A DNA stretch of 64,000 nucleotides from Kiritimatiellia bacterium (GCA_045641645.1 JAZUHK010000047.1:51316-115315); one strand, 5' to 3'. Numbered from the stretch's first letter, positions 46,024 to 56,205 are shown. Numbers and translations are program-made. The notes: generated by a model from the sequence alone, not told the origin.

Positions 46024-46545
46024 ATGACACAACTCCTGTTAGTTAATAACGAGCCGCGAAACCTCCAGCTGATGCGGAGTCTTTTGGAGTCGAACGGCTA
46101 TGGAGTGGTGACGGCGACCGACGGTTTTTCGGCTTTGGAGATTGTCAGGAACGGGCAGGTACGGGCGGTGCTGGCCGATTTGCGAACGGGGTCGATGGAC
46201 GGCTTGGCGTTTTTGCGTGAAGTCAGGAAGTCAAATCCCGGGCTTCCCGTGGTGTTGCTGACGGAAGAGGTCGGTTTCGAAGCGGCGCTCGCGGCGATGC
46301 AAGAGGGGGTCTTCGATTATCTCGTCAAGCCATTCAGAGTGGACGAACTGCTCGCTTGCCTGCGGCGCGCGGAAGGGCGGGAAGCCGGCGGCGAACGGGT
46401 GTTGCTAAAAGGGTTCTTGCGGAAAAAGGAGAAGGAGTGCATCGGCGAGCTGCTGTCGGCGGCAGACGAGGCGGACGATCGTGCGGCGGCGGCAATGAAA
46501 TCGTCGCTCGCGGCGTTGGATAGCCGCCTATCCGCCGAATCTTGA
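46024..46545 (+). CDS. Response regulator, receiver domain with a short C-terminal extension and no DNA-binding domain
   Basis: …LLLVNNEPRNLQLMRSLLE…VLADLRTGSMDGLAFLREVR…LVKPF… has the CheY-like D/D/K residues. Divergent from the pilM operon. Confidence 0.75.
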   Translation: MTQLLLVNNEPRNLQLMRSLLESNGYGVVTATDGFSALEIVRNGQVRAVLADLRTGSMDGLAFLREVRKSNPGLPVVLLTEEVGFEAALAAMQEGVFDYLVKPFRVDELLACLRRAEGREAGGERVLLKGFLRKKEKECIGELLSAADEADDRAAAAMKSSLAALDSRLSAES

Positions 46546-46626
46546 TTCTTCATCACGAAATTTGCTACAATGTCTTTCGTAATCGGCAAAGTGTCGGTTG
46601 CGGCTACAAAAAAGGAAAAACAAAAA

Positions 46627-46989
46627 ATGAATATGAAAATGAAGTCGGGCTTTACGCTCGTTGAAATCATGATTGTGGTCGCAATCATCGCCATCTTGGC
46701 TGCGATTGCGATTCCGAACTTCGTCAAGTACCGCAAGGAGTCGCAACTTAGCGCCTGCCTCAGCAGTCAGGCGTCGATTACTACGGCGGCCGAGAGCTGG
46801 TTGTCCAAGCCGGCGAACGCCACCGCGACGTCGATCAAGGATACGGATATCGCGCCGGCGGACGGCTCTGGGTATCTCAAGACCTTTCCCACCTGCCCGG
46901 CTGGCGGCAAGTACACGATTACGGTTGATTCGAAGACCAAGGCGGTCGTCGTCAAGTGTTCGCTGACTGAACACGCGGCCACCAAGTAA
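46627..46989 (+). CDS. Type IV pilin / pseudopilin, probable major subunit
   Basis: Prepilin leader MNMKMKSG|FTLVEIMIVVAIIAILAAIAIPNF with a conserved Glu5. A strong terminator lies downstream. Confidence 0.8.
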   Translation: MNMKMKSGFTLVEIMIVVAIIAILAAIAIPNFVKYRKESQLSACLSSQASITTAAESWLSKPANATATSIKDTDIAPADGSGYLKTFPTCPAGGKYTITVDSKTKAVVVKCSLTEHAATK

Positions 46990-47011
46990 CCCGCTTTGCT
47001 TAAAGGGATAA

Positions 47012-47050
47012 AAAAGAGGAGCGGATTTTCAAGGTCTGCTCCTCTTTTTG
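47012..47050 (+). terminator. Rho-independent terminator (stem agaggagc / gctcctct, 15-nt loop, TTTT)
   Basis: aaaaagaggagcggattttcaaggtctgctcctctttttg. Confidence 0.7.
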
Positions 47051-48715
47051 ATAAAAGCCCGCCTTTATATGGCCAAACTCCACGCGATACGACCGGGAAA
47101 CAAGACGCTTGAGGAAATCAAGGCGCTTGCCAATCCGGTCGAGTACGTACTGTCGGCGGCCGAGTACTTTTCCCTGCCGCCGATGGTGGTGCCTTCGGGA
47201 TTCGTCCCCGCAGAGTCGCTTTTAAGCGGGCAGGCAATCGGCTTTTGGCTGAAGGCCAAGGCCGTGCCGCTGTGCCGGGTGGCGGGCAAGCTGACGGTTG
47301 CCTTTGCCGATCCCTTCGATCTTCCGTCGCGCGAAGAGGTCGCGCGCGTCGCCGGCGGCTCCCTGTGGGCGGTAGTGGCGGCGGAAGAGGCGATTCTCAA
47401 TGCGCTCACGCGCGCGAAGATGTCGGAAGCCGCCGCCGATCCCGCATTGGCGCTGGAGAATGTGATGAAGGGGTCGGAGGGAGTGGTCGAGATTGCCGAG
47501 AGCGCGGCAGCTCCGGAAACTTCCTTTGATGCGACGGAGGATGCGTCGGGCGAGGCCCCGGTCATCCGCATGGTCAATTCGATGCTGGTGGAGGCCCTGA
47601 AGACGAACGCCTCCGACATCCACTTCGAGGCGATGGAGAAGACCTCGCGCCTGCGCTTCCGCATCGACGGCGCGCTCGTCGAACGGCCGGCGCCGCCGAA
47701 GGCGCTCCATAACGCCGTCGTCTCGCGCATCAAGATCATGGCGAACCTCGATATCGCCGAGCGGCGGCAGCCGCAGGACGGGCGCTTCAAGGTGCATGCG
47801 CTCAAGAAGGAGGTCGATGTGCGCGTTTCGATCCTCCCCACGGTACATGGCGAGAAGGTGGTGATGCGCATTCTCGACAAGGAGAACCTGGCGCCGGGCC
47901 TCGGCTCGCTCGGGCTCGACGACTACGCCTTCGAGGCGATGAAGTTTGCGATCGAGCAGCCGCACGGCATCATCCTGGTGACGCGCCCGACCGGCTCCGG
48001 CAAGACCACCACGCTCTATTCGTGTCTGCAGGATCTCAATCGCGGCGAGGTAAATATCGTCACGGCCGAAGATCCGGTCGAATACGAGCTGCCCGGCGTC
48101 AATCAGTGTCATGTCAATGTGGCGCAGGGGCTGACATTCGCGGGCATTCTCCGCTCGGTCTTGCGGCAGGATCCCGATATCGTGCTCGTCGGCGAAATCC
48201 GCGACGGCGAAACGGCCGATATCGCGGTGAAGGCGGCCCTGACCGGCCACCTCGTCCTTTCCACCCTGCATACGAATGACGCCTGCGGCGTGGTGCCGCG
48301 GCTTATCGATATGGGCGTGCAGCCGTTTATGCTCGGCTCGTCGCTTATTCTCGCGCAGGCCCAGCGGCTCTATCGGCGGCTTTGTCCCCATTGCCGGCAA
48401 AGGGTCGAAGTCAATCGCGAACTTCTGGAGGCGAACAATGTCGATCCCGCGCCGTTCGAGGGTGTGGAGGTCTTCGGCCCCGGCGGGTGTCCGAAGTGCA
48501 ACGGCACCGGCTACAAGGGGCGGGGCGCGATGATGGAGGTGTTGCCGATTACGCCGAAGATCCGTTCGATCATTTCGACTGGGGGTAATGCCGGGATATT
48601 GCGGGCGGCGGCGCTGGAAGAGGGGATGGTCACTTTGAAGGAAGCGGGGATGATGAAGGTGCGTGCGGGGCTTACCTCGCTGGAGGCGGCGCTGATGGTC
48701 ACGGGAGGAGAGTGA
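47048..48715 (+). CDS. GspE/PilB-family secretion ATPase, copy 1
   Basis: Walker A GPTGSGKTTT, Asp box, Walker B, His box, and a C-terminal tetracysteine CPHC…CPKC. Confidence 0.85.
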   Translation: MIKARLYMAKLHAIRPGNKTLEEIKALANPVEYVLSAAEYFSLPPMVVPSGFVPAESLLSGQAIGFWLKAKAVPLCRVAGKLTVAFADPFDLPSREEVARVAGGSLWAVVAAEEAILNALTRAKMSEAAADPALALENVMKGSEGVVEIAESAAAPETSFDATEDASGEAPVIRMVNSMLVEALKTNASDIHFEAMEKTSRLRFRIDGALVERPAPPKALHNAVVSRIKIMANLDIAERRQPQDGRFKVHALKKEVDVRVSILPTVHGEKVVMRILDKENLAPGLGSLGLDDYAFEAMKFAIEQPHGIILVTRPTGSGKTTTLYSCLQDLNRGEVNIVTAEDPVEYELPGVNQCHVNVAQGLTFAGILRSVLRQDPDIVLVGEIRDGETADIAVKAALTGHLVLSTLHTNDACGVVPRLIDMGVQPFMLGSSLILAQAQRLYRRLCPHCRQRVEVNRELLEANNVDPAPFEGVEVFGPGGCPKCNGTGYKGRGAMMEVLPITPKIRSIISTGGNAGILRAAALEEGMVTLKEAGMMKVRAGLTSLEAALMVTGGE

Positions 48716-48722
48716 GAAGGGG

Positions 48723-49793
48723 TTGGGAGTTAGCATGGAAAAAGTCAGAGGAGCAAGGCGAATCGTCAAGCGGGAGTTGGTGCCTTTCACCAAACAACTG
48801 GCGTCGATGAACGGCGCCGGGCTTTCCATTCTTACCACTTTGCAGACCCTGGAAGAGCAGGCCGAAAATCCCGAATTCAAACACCTCCTGAAGCAACTTC
48901 TCAAAACCATCGAGAGCGGTGAGCCGCTCTCCAAGGGGCTGTCGGAATATCCGCAGGTCTTTGACGAACTTTACATCAACATGACGATGGCGGGCGAACA
49001 GTCGGGACAGTTCGCGCTGGTGATGCGGCGGTTGGCGTCGATCTTGGAGAATTCCGCGCGTCTGCGGCGTCGGGTCAAAAGCGCCATGGCCTATCCGACG
49101 GTCGTCTTGTCCATTGCGGTGCTTCTCTGCTGGGGGCTTATCCAGTTCGTCGTCCCGACCTTCGCGGAAATGTTCGCGGATGCCGGCAAACCCCTCCCGG
49201 CACTGACGCAGGCGCTGGTGGATTTCGCCGATTTCATCAAGCACCGTTGGTCGTTCGTGATCGGCGCGATGGTCTTGGGCGTCGGCGGATTTCGCCGGTG
49301 GCGGCGGACGGAGCGCGGACGCTTTGCGTTCGACGAATTCATGCTGAAGGTGCCTGTCTTCGGCGAACTTCGGCACAAGGCGAGCATCGGGCGTTTCGCG
49401 CGGCTCCTTTCGCAGATGATGTCGGCGGGCGTGCCGATTCTGAAGGCCCTTGCGGTGACGGCGGGTTCGCTCGATAACTATGTCCTGGAAAAGTCGATTC
49501 GCGATGCGCGTCTGGAAGTGGAGCAGGGTAATCAGCTCAATACCGCCCTTGCCGGCAAGCCCTATATGCCCATCATTCTCATCCGGATGATTGCCGCAGG
49601 CGAGAAATCGGGCCAGATCGACGAGATGCTGACTTCCGTCGCCGATGCCTATGACGAGGAGGTGGAGACGCTGCTTTCGACGTTGACGGCATTGATGGAG
49701 CCGTTCCTGATGGTCTTTCTGGGCGGAATCATCGGTACGGTGGTAGTGGCGATGTTTCTGCCGATTTTCAATATGGGATCGTTGGCGCATTGA
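48723..49793 (+). CDS. GspF/PilC-family platform protein
   Basis: Two GspF repeats and 3 TM helices (…LSKGLSEYPQVFDELYINM…; …AGEKSGQIDEML…). Confidence 0.8.
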   Translation: MGVSMEKVRGARRIVKRELVPFTKQLASMNGAGLSILTTLQTLEEQAENPEFKHLLKQLLKTIESGEPLSKGLSEYPQVFDELYINMTMAGEQSGQFALVMRRLASILENSARLRRRVKSAMAYPTVVLSIAVLLCWGLIQFVVPTFAEMFADAGKPLPALTQALVDFADFIKHRWSFVIGAMVLGVGGFRRWRRTERGRFAFDEFMLKVPVFGELRHKASIGRFARLLSQMMSAGVPILKALAVTAGSLDNYVLEKSIRDARLEVEQGNQLNTALAGKPYMPIILIRMIAAGEKSGQIDEMLTSVADAYDEEVETLLSTLTALMEPFLMVFLGGIIGTVVVAMFLPIFNMGSLAH

Positions 49794-49803
49794 GGGGTAG
49801 GGG

Positions 49804-50499
49804 ATGCAAGATTTTACGATAAAACTACAGCAAAGCATTGACTTCTTCGAGCAGGTGCTCAAGGCACTGCCCGATGATCCCGTGGCGCTTGAGTTTCTTG
49901 CGGCCGTCTATTCTTATCTCGGCCAGCACGAAAAAGCCGAGGAAATGCAGTTCGCGCTTGCCCGCGTCCGTCGGCAAGAGCAAGTCGGCAAAAGCGCCGC
50001 CGAACCGCCGTTGCCGCCCGATTTCATTCCGGTCGCCGCAACGGAAGGGGAGCTTGTCGCGCAGGCCGTCGAAAGCGAAGCTTCGCTGGCGGAGGAACTC
50101 GGCGAATCGGCGCTGGCGGAGCGCCTTCGCAAGTCACCCGTCGGCGGGAAGCTGTCGCTCGTTTCTGCACTCGCGGGGTTGGCTAAGGAAAATCCAAGCG
50201 CGGCAGAGTCCGCCCTTAGGTCGCTTGCCGACCGGTATGGCGTTCCGCCGGTGCCACTGGAGGCCTTTGAGCCCGAGGCAGCGTTGGTGAAGCGGATCCC
50301 CGAAGAGCTTTTGCGCGTCCGCGGCGTCATTCCCTTCGCTCGGCTCGGCGATTGGGCGCTGGTGGCCTTGCTTTCGCCGCAGGATTCCCAGTTGCGGAAT
50401 TCCGTTTCCAAGGCGCTGGGCGGCAAGGTTCAGTTCTATCTCGGCGAACCGCGGGCGGTGACGGCCGCGCTCGCCAAGCTTTTCCCGGAGGCGGATTAG
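49804..50499 (+). CDS. Standalone GspE-N (T2SSE_N / MshEN-like) domain protein
   Basis: C-terminal half …ELLRVRGVIPFARLGDWALVALLSPQD… matches the N-terminal domain of GspE ATPases; no ATPase domain is present. Confidence 0.45.
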   Translation: MQDFTIKLQQSIDFFEQVLKALPDDPVALEFLAAVYSYLGQHEKAEEMQFALARVRRQEQVGKSAAEPPLPPDFIPVAATEGELVAQAVESEASLAEELGESALAERLRKSPVGGKLSLVSALAGLAKENPSAAESALRSLADRYGVPPVPLEAFEPEAALVKRIPEELLRVRGVIPFARLGDWALVALLSPQDSQLRNSVSKALGGKVQFYLGEPRAVTAALAKLFPEAD

Positions 50500-50503
50500 G
50501 ACG

Positions 50504-50839
50504 ATGCGCCGGGGCTTTACGCTCGTGGAATGCCTGGTGGCGGGAATGATCCTTGCGCTGGTCGCGACCGCCGTCCTGAAGGGCTTTGCCGTAGTGGGGC
50601 GCGTGGCGAATGAAAACGCCCAGTATCTGGAGGCGGACGCGATCGTGTGGGATGCGCTCGCCGAGGCCTTTACCAATGAGGTTTGCGAGCTGGACGCGGC
50701 GGTGAGCGTTCAGGGTTTTCCGGGCGAAATCCACCGACGGCTGGCCGGTGATCGGATCGTCGCGTGGGTCGAGTGGAACGGGCAGATGCACTCGAACGAA
50801 CTCCTGCGCGCCTGCTGCAAGCGGGGGAAGGGGAAATGA
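50504..50839 (+). CDS. Minor pseudopilin, prepilin-type N-terminal domain
   Basis: MRRG|FTLVECLVAGMILALV. Confidence 0.65.
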   Translation: MRRGFTLVECLVAGMILALVATAVLKGFAVVGRVANENAQYLEADAIVWDALAEAFTNEVCELDAAVSVQGFPGEIHRRLAGDRIVAWVEWNGQMHSNELLRACCKRGKGK

Positions 50840-51084
50840 GCGCGCGCCGTGCGGGCTTCACGCTTTTGGAACTGCTGATCGCTTCGGCCATCGGCACGCT
50901 GTGTCTCGCCGGAGTGCTCGTCTTCTTCACCGGAACCAATCGGCTGAACCGCGAAACCTTCGGCAAGCTCAAGGGGGCGCTGGACGAGCGGGTGGAGCGC
51001 GAGAAGACCTTGTTCGTCAGGGCTCGTGAAACGGCCACGGTCGATCTGCCGTTCGTCAAGCGCGCCTGGGAGGTGGTGAAGTGA
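50836..51084 (+). CDS. Minor pseudopilin, prepilin-type N-terminal domain
   Basis: MSARRAG|FTLLELLIASAIGTL; ATGA overlap with the upstream gene. Confidence 0.6.
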   Translation: MSARRAGFTLLELLIASAIGTLCLAGVLVFFTGTNRLNRETFGKLKGALDERVEREKTLFVRARETATVDLPFVKRAWEVVK

Positions 51085-53060
51085 ATGCGCGGCGATGGCG
51101 GCGGGGGTTTGCGCTTCCGCTGGTCCTGGTGGTCACTTCGCTCGCCACGGTCGCGCTGGCCGCGCTCGGCGGCTATGCGGCGTTTTCGTCACGGATGACG
51201 CGCTATTACCTGGCCGAGACCCGCTGCCGGCTGGCCGCGCAGTCCGCGCTGGAGATGACCAAGGCGGATTTGCAGGCGGCGTTCCTGCAGTATGTGGGCG
51301 AGGTATCGCCGGGCGTGAAGATCACGCCAGTGCGGCTTGGGGACGATGTGCTCGAATGGTTTGACGCGGGGGATGCGCGCAGCATCGGAACGCGCGTCGT
51401 CTATGAGGCGGCGGAATCGGTGCGGTTGGGCGGGTGTGAGGTTCGGGTGTGGTTCGGCAACCACCGAAACGCGCGCGTCGAGATCCGCGCACGTGCGACT
51501 TGCCGCGTTTTCGGCGGACCGGTGGCATCTTCGACCTTGCAGGAGACGGTGGAGTTTTCCTTCGTGCCCGAGCAGAGCCCGGTTTTCGACAATGCCTATT
51601 TCGTCAACAACTTCGGCTGGATGACGGGCAGTTCCCTGGTCGTCAACGGGCGGATGCGGGCGAACGGCAACATCAGCTTGTCGGCTTCGACGGTGAACGG
51701 TTTCATCTATGCGGCGAGAAACGAGGAGGTGGGAGCCGACGGCAGGGTGTCGCTCTCCTCCAGTCCGCAGATCAAAAGCGCCGCGGCCTATCGTTCCGGC
51801 TATGGCAACCGCACCTGCCCCGATGTGGGCGACTATCCGATTTCCGATGCCTATGACGCGCCGAAGGCGAGCGGAACCCTCGCCAAGCCGACGCGCTATG
51901 AATATGACGAAAGCGGCTGGTTGGTCAAGAACCGGATCGGCGGTACGCGCGCGGCGGATTCGGAGGAGGCGATCATCAACGAATATGCTGCGGCCGTCCC
52001 CATGCCGTTCGTTTCGGACCTTAAGGATTATGTCGATTACGCGCAAATGCTGAAGGCCGGCGCGAACGGCGTTTCCGCGCGTCTTACCTATCCCGGCTAC
52101 AGTTATACGGATGCGGCGGGGACGGTTCACCGACAGGCGGGGGGCGTGGTGGAGGTCCGTCATTCGGGCGCCGGTCCTTCGGGGGACGCCTCGCTCGCCG
52201 ACCGGGGCGCGCTCGTCCTTGTCGGTACGCAGACCGACCCCATCGTGATCGACGGCCCCGTGGTGGTGGATTCCGATGTCGTCATCAAGGGCTACGTGAA
52301 GGGACAGGGAACGATCTACTCAGGGCGGAACATCCATATTATCGGTGACATTAAGTACGTGAACCCGCCGTCCTGGGGCCATCCCGACGCGGATGACGCG
52401 GCGGTCGCCGAACGGAATGCGGGCAAGGACATGCTCGGCCTCGTCGCCAAGGGGAATATCGTCTTCGGCGATGCGCGTACGGAGAATCAGAAATGGCATG
52501 AGAAGGTGGACGAATACATCAACGGCGCTTCGTCCGCCTCGGTGGTCAAGCGCTATGCCTGCGACCCGAGTGACGCCGACATCGGCTATCCCGCCGTCTT
52601 CCAGGGCGACTACACGGCGGTCGAGACGGTGAACGGCAAGACCTTCGGCAAGGTGCGCTCGCGGACGGTGACGAACGCGGACGGTTCGAAGCAGGTGGAG
52701 TTCTATACCGCCGACGACCGCCGCTACTACGAGACGGTGTGTGACGACTCGCTCATCAGGTCACTGCGGGATTCTCCGCAGAAAGACATGGTGGAAATCA
52801 CCCAGATCGACGCCGTACTCTACAATAACCACGGCATCTTCGGGGAGATCGGCCGCCCGAGCGCGAACTTCAACCTCAACGGTGCGCTCGTCTGTCGCGA
52901 CGAGGCGCTGCACTTCACGGGCAACAGCTGCCGCTTCAACTGGGATTTCCGGCTGGGGAGGGCGAGCGGCGAGAAGTTCCGTGCGCGCCTCGGCTTGCCC
53001 GTGGGGATGCCGGAGGACGTGATGCGCACGGTCGAATGGAAGGAGCTTGCGGACGAATGA
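51081..53060 (+). CDS. Large (659 aa) pilus-associated protein with an N-terminal hydrophobic anchor (GspK/PilX/PilY-like tip or adhesin candidate)
   Basis: MNARRWRRGFALPLVLVVTSLATVALAAL N-terminus followed by a large beta-rich domain; sits in pseudopilin operon context. Confidence 0.45.
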   Translation: MNARRWRRGFALPLVLVVTSLATVALAALGGYAAFSSRMTRYYLAETRCRLAAQSALEMTKADLQAAFLQYVGEVSPGVKITPVRLGDDVLEWFDAGDARSIGTRVVYEAAESVRLGGCEVRVWFGNHRNARVEIRARATCRVFGGPVASSTLQETVEFSFVPEQSPVFDNAYFVNNFGWMTGSSLVVNGRMRANGNISLSASTVNGFIYAARNEEVGADGRVSLSSSPQIKSAAAYRSGYGNRTCPDVGDYPISDAYDAPKASGTLAKPTRYEYDESGWLVKNRIGGTRAADSEEAIINEYAAAVPMPFVSDLKDYVDYAQMLKAGANGVSARLTYPGYSYTDAAGTVHRQAGGVVEVRHSGAGPSGDASLADRGALVLVGTQTDPIVIDGPVVVDSDVVIKGYVKGQGTIYSGRNIHIIGDIKYVNPPSWGHPDADDAAVAERNAGKDMLGLVAKGNIVFGDARTENQKWHEKVDEYINGASSASVVKRYACDPSDADIGYPAVFQGDYTAVETVNGKTFGKVRSRTVTNADGSKQVEFYTADDRRYYETVCDDSLIRSLRDSPQKDMVEITQIDAVLYNNHGIFGEIGRPSANFNLNGALVCRDEALHFTGNSCRFNWDFRLGRASGEKFRARLGLPVGMPEDVMRTVEWKELADE

Positions 53061-53368
53061 TCGACTCGACGGTAGATCCCCGGTTCGCCGCGTTCGAGCG
53101 CGCGGAGGTGCGGAAGGCGGCGGCGGCCGCTCTCGCGCGGCGGGACGCCGCACCCGAACACCGGGTCTATCGCGGCGAACTCGCCGCGCTCGCCAGGCCG
53201 CCGGCGGTGGCCGCGGAGACGGCTTTGGTGGCGACGGAGGGCGTGCCGGACGCGCCGACGGAGCCGTCCGTCGCCGCGTCGGCCGACTGGCTTTGGCTGC
53301 TCTTGGGCGTCGTCATGGCCGCTTTCGGCGTCTGGCTGGGCGCTTGCAGGCGCAGGCGGGCCACTTGA
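53036..53368 (+). CDS. Small protein with a C-terminal TM anchor plus RRRR tail (hypothetical)
   Basis: …DWLWLLLGVVMAAFGVWLGACRRRRAT. Confidence 0.3.
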   Translation: MEGACGRMIDSTVDPRFAAFERAEVRKAAAAALARRDAAPEHRVYRGELAALARPPAVAAETALVATEGVPDAPTEPSVAASADWLWLLLGVVMAAFGVWLGACRRRRAT

Positions 53369-53404
53369 TTTCCCAAAGGGGTTTCGCTATAATTCTCACC
53401 AACA

Positions 53405-55072
53405 ATGACAAGTAACGACGAATATGTCCTGCAGTTGCTGACCGAGCGCGGGTTCCTCACGCAGGAACAGGTTGACGACGCCGCGTCGTCAATGCGCGCC
53501 GAGAACGAAACGACGCTCGATGCGCTCCTGTCGAGCGGCGTGGTCAACGAGGACGAGGTCCTCGGGACGGTGGCCGACCAGTTCGGCCTCAAATACTGCC
53601 ATGTCAACGCCGAGGTGATCAACCCCGAGGTCGTCAAGGAGCTTCCGGCCGATATCGCCAAGAAGTATTCGGTCGTGCCCGTGATGGCCGACGAGTATGC
53701 GATCACGGTGGCGCTCTCCGACCCGATGGCCTACGATACCATCGATTCGCTGCGCTATGTGCTCCACGGGCGCGACGTCGAGGCGGTCATCGCGCCGCGC
53801 GCCGAGGTGAAGGCGGCGATGGTGAAGCTCTATCAGGAGGAGGCGCCGGCCGATGTCACCACGCGCGACGAGGGGATCGTGGGGCTCGAAACCGATCCCG
53901 GCGACGAGACCCCGGTGGTGAAGCTGACCACGATGCTCATCACCACGGCCATCAAGATGAAGGCGTCGGATATCCACATTGAGCCGATGGAGAAGGAGCT
54001 GCGCGTCCGCTACCGCATCGACGGCGCGCTCCGCAAGATGGATTCGCCGCCGAAGCGCCTGCAGTCGGCGATTATCTCGCGCCTCAAGATCATGTCGCAC
54101 ATGAAGATCTCGGAGAAGCGCATCCCGCAGGACGGCCGCATTCAGATTACGGTGAACGGCAAGGATCTCGACCTCCGCGTCAACTCCGTGCCCACCAATC
54201 ACGGCGAGTCGATCGTCATGCGTATTCTCGACAAGACGACCTTCTCGCTGGGGCTTCCCCAGCTCGGCTTCCTGACCGACGACCAGGCCACCTTTGAGCG
54301 GCTCATCAAGCTCCCGGACGGCGTCGTGCTGGTGACGGGGCCGACAGGTTCCGGCAAGACGACTACGCTTTACGCCTGCCTCGGGCAGATCAACACCCCC
54401 GACAAGAAGCTCATCACCGTCGAGGACCCGGTCGAATACCAGATGAGCGGCATCAACCAGGTGCAGGTCAACAAGGACGTGGGGCTCGACTTCTCGGCGG
54501 CCCTCCGCTCGATCCTCCGTCAGGCGCCGAACATCGTGATGGTCGGCGAAATCCGTGACGAGGAGACGGCCGATATCGCGATGGAGGCGGCGCTCACCGG
54601 CCACCTCGTGTTCTCGACCCTCCATACCAACGACGCGCCGAGCGCGGTCACCCGTCTCTTGGATATCGGCGTCAAGCCGTTCCTCGTCGCCTCGGCCCTG
54701 CGCGCCGCGATGGCGCAGCGTCTCGTCCGCGCCATTTGCGAGAACTGCAAGGAGCCGTACCAACCCACCGAGCGCGAGGTGAAGATGCTCGGTTCGATCG
54801 CGAAGACGATGCCCGAGCGCATGTTCCACGGCGCCGGCTGCGACAAGTGCGGCAAGACCGGCTACAAGGGCCGCAAGGGCATTTTCGAGATCTTCAAGGT
54901 TGACGACACCATCCAGCGGCTCATCTTCGACCACGCTCCCGCGACGCTCCTCCGGCAACGCGCGCGTGAGATGGGGATGCGCACGCTGCGCGAGGACGGG
55001 ATGCTCAAGGTGGCGAGCGGAATGACTTCGCTTGCGGAGATCCTGCGGGTGACAATGGGAGATGCGGACTGA
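53405..55072 (+). CDS. GspE/MshE-family ATPase, copy 2, with an MshEN-type N-terminal domain
   Basis: N-terminal LQLLTERGFLTQEQVDDA and LDALLSSGVVNEDEVLGTVA repeats (MshEN-like), Walker A GPTGSGKTTT, and tetracysteine CENC…CDKC. Confidence 0.85.
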   Translation: MTSNDEYVLQLLTERGFLTQEQVDDAASSMRAENETTLDALLSSGVVNEDEVLGTVADQFGLKYCHVNAEVINPEVVKELPADIAKKYSVVPVMADEYAITVALSDPMAYDTIDSLRYVLHGRDVEAVIAPRAEVKAAMVKLYQEEAPADVTTRDEGIVGLETDPGDETPVVKLTTMLITTAIKMKASDIHIEPMEKELRVRYRIDGALRKMDSPPKRLQSAIISRLKIMSHMKISEKRIPQDGRIQITVNGKDLDLRVNSVPTNHGESIVMRILDKTTFSLGLPQLGFLTDDQATFERLIKLPDGVVLVTGPTGSGKTTTLYACLGQINTPDKKLITVEDPVEYQMSGINQVQVNKDVGLDFSAALRSILRQAPNIVMVGEIRDEETADIAMEAALTGHLVFSTLHTNDAPSAVTRLLDIGVKPFLVASALRAAMAQRLVRAICENCKEPYQPTEREVKMLGSIAKTMPERMFHGAGCDKCGKTGYKGRKGIFEIFKVDDTIQRLIFDHAPATLLRQRAREMGMRTLREDGMLKVASGMTSLAEILRVTMGDAD

Positions 55073-56205
55073 TGCAATTTCATCGCGACGAGCTTTTGCA
55101 GGCGATTATCGACGAAGGGGGCAGCGCCCTCCACATCCGTGCGCGCATGGCGCCGGAACTGCGCGTCCACGGCGAGCTGCTGCCGCTCGCCGAGGAGGTG
55201 ATGAATGACGACGAGGCCGAGGCGCTCGTGCACGAGTTCGTGCAAGGCGTGGCCGATCAGGACAAGGACCCTCGCCGCCAGAAGGACGTCGAGAAGCTCC
55301 TGAACGAACTGGAGACGAACGGCGGCGCCGACTTCGCGCTCGCCCATCCCGACGGCACCCGTTTCCGTGTCTCGGTCTTCAAGGAGAGAAAGCGCTACGG
55401 CGCCGTCCTCCGTCAGATTCCGAGCGGGCTCCTCACGCTGGAGCAGATCGGCCTGCCGCCGACCGTGCGCGAACTCCTCTTCAAGCCGCGCGGACTCATC
55501 CTCGTGACGGGCCCCACGGGTTCCGGCAAATCGACGACGCTCGCCTCGATGATTGACGTCATCAACCGCGAGCGCTCGGTGCATATCATCACCATCGAGG
55601 ACCCGATCGAATTCTATCATGAGTCGAAGCGCTCGATCATCACCCAACGCGAGGTGGGCGACGACGTGCCGAGCTTTGCCGAGGCGATCCGCCGCGCGCT
55701 CCGTCAGGACCCGGACGTCATCCTCGTCGGCGAAATGCGCGACCTGGAGACGATCGCCGCGGCCATCACCGCGGCGGAAACCGGCCACCTCGTCTTCGGC
55801 ACCCTGCATACGACCGGGTCGGCCGAGACGATCGACCGTATCGTCGATGCCTTCCCGATGAACCAGCAGGCGCAGATCCGCACGCAGCTTGCCGCCGGCA
55901 TGCAGGCCGTCATTTCGCAGATCCTGCTGCCGAAGCTCGATGCGAACGGCGAGGTCCACGGGCGTATCGCCGCGTTCGAGATCATGACCTCCACCGACTC
56001 CATCCGCAGCCGCATCCGCGACAACAAGACGAACATGATCAAGTCCGACTTGCAGACGGGCGCGAAGTACGGCATGTTCACGCTCGACTCGCACCTCACC
56101 TCGCTTTACAAGCAGGGGCTCATCTCCTACGAGGAGCTGATCACCAAGTCGCAGGACCCGGAGTCGGTCGTGCAGAAGCTCAAAGAGGAAGGATACGGCG
56201 AATGA
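55072..56205 (+). CDS. pilT: Twitching-motility retraction ATPase PilT/PilU family
   Basis: 377 aa with Walker A GPTGSGKSTT and a PilT-specific C-terminal region; no N-terminal GspE-N domain. Confidence 0.85.
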   Translation: MQFHRDELLQAIIDEGGSALHIRARMAPELRVHGELLPLAEEVMNDDEAEALVHEFVQGVADQDKDPRRQKDVEKLLNELETNGGADFALAHPDGTRFRVSVFKERKRYGAVLRQIPSGLLTLEQIGLPPTVRELLFKPRGLILVTGPTGSGKSTTLASMIDVINRERSVHIITIEDPIEFYHESKRSIITQREVGDDVPSFAEAIRRALRQDPDVILVGEMRDLETIAAAITAAETGHLVFGTLHTTGSAETIDRIVDAFPMNQQAQIRTQLAAGMQAVISQILLPKLDANGEVHGRIAAFEIMTSTDSIRSRIRDNKTNMIKSDLQTGAKYGMFTLDSHLTSLYKQGLISYEELITKSQDPESVVQKLKEEGYGE

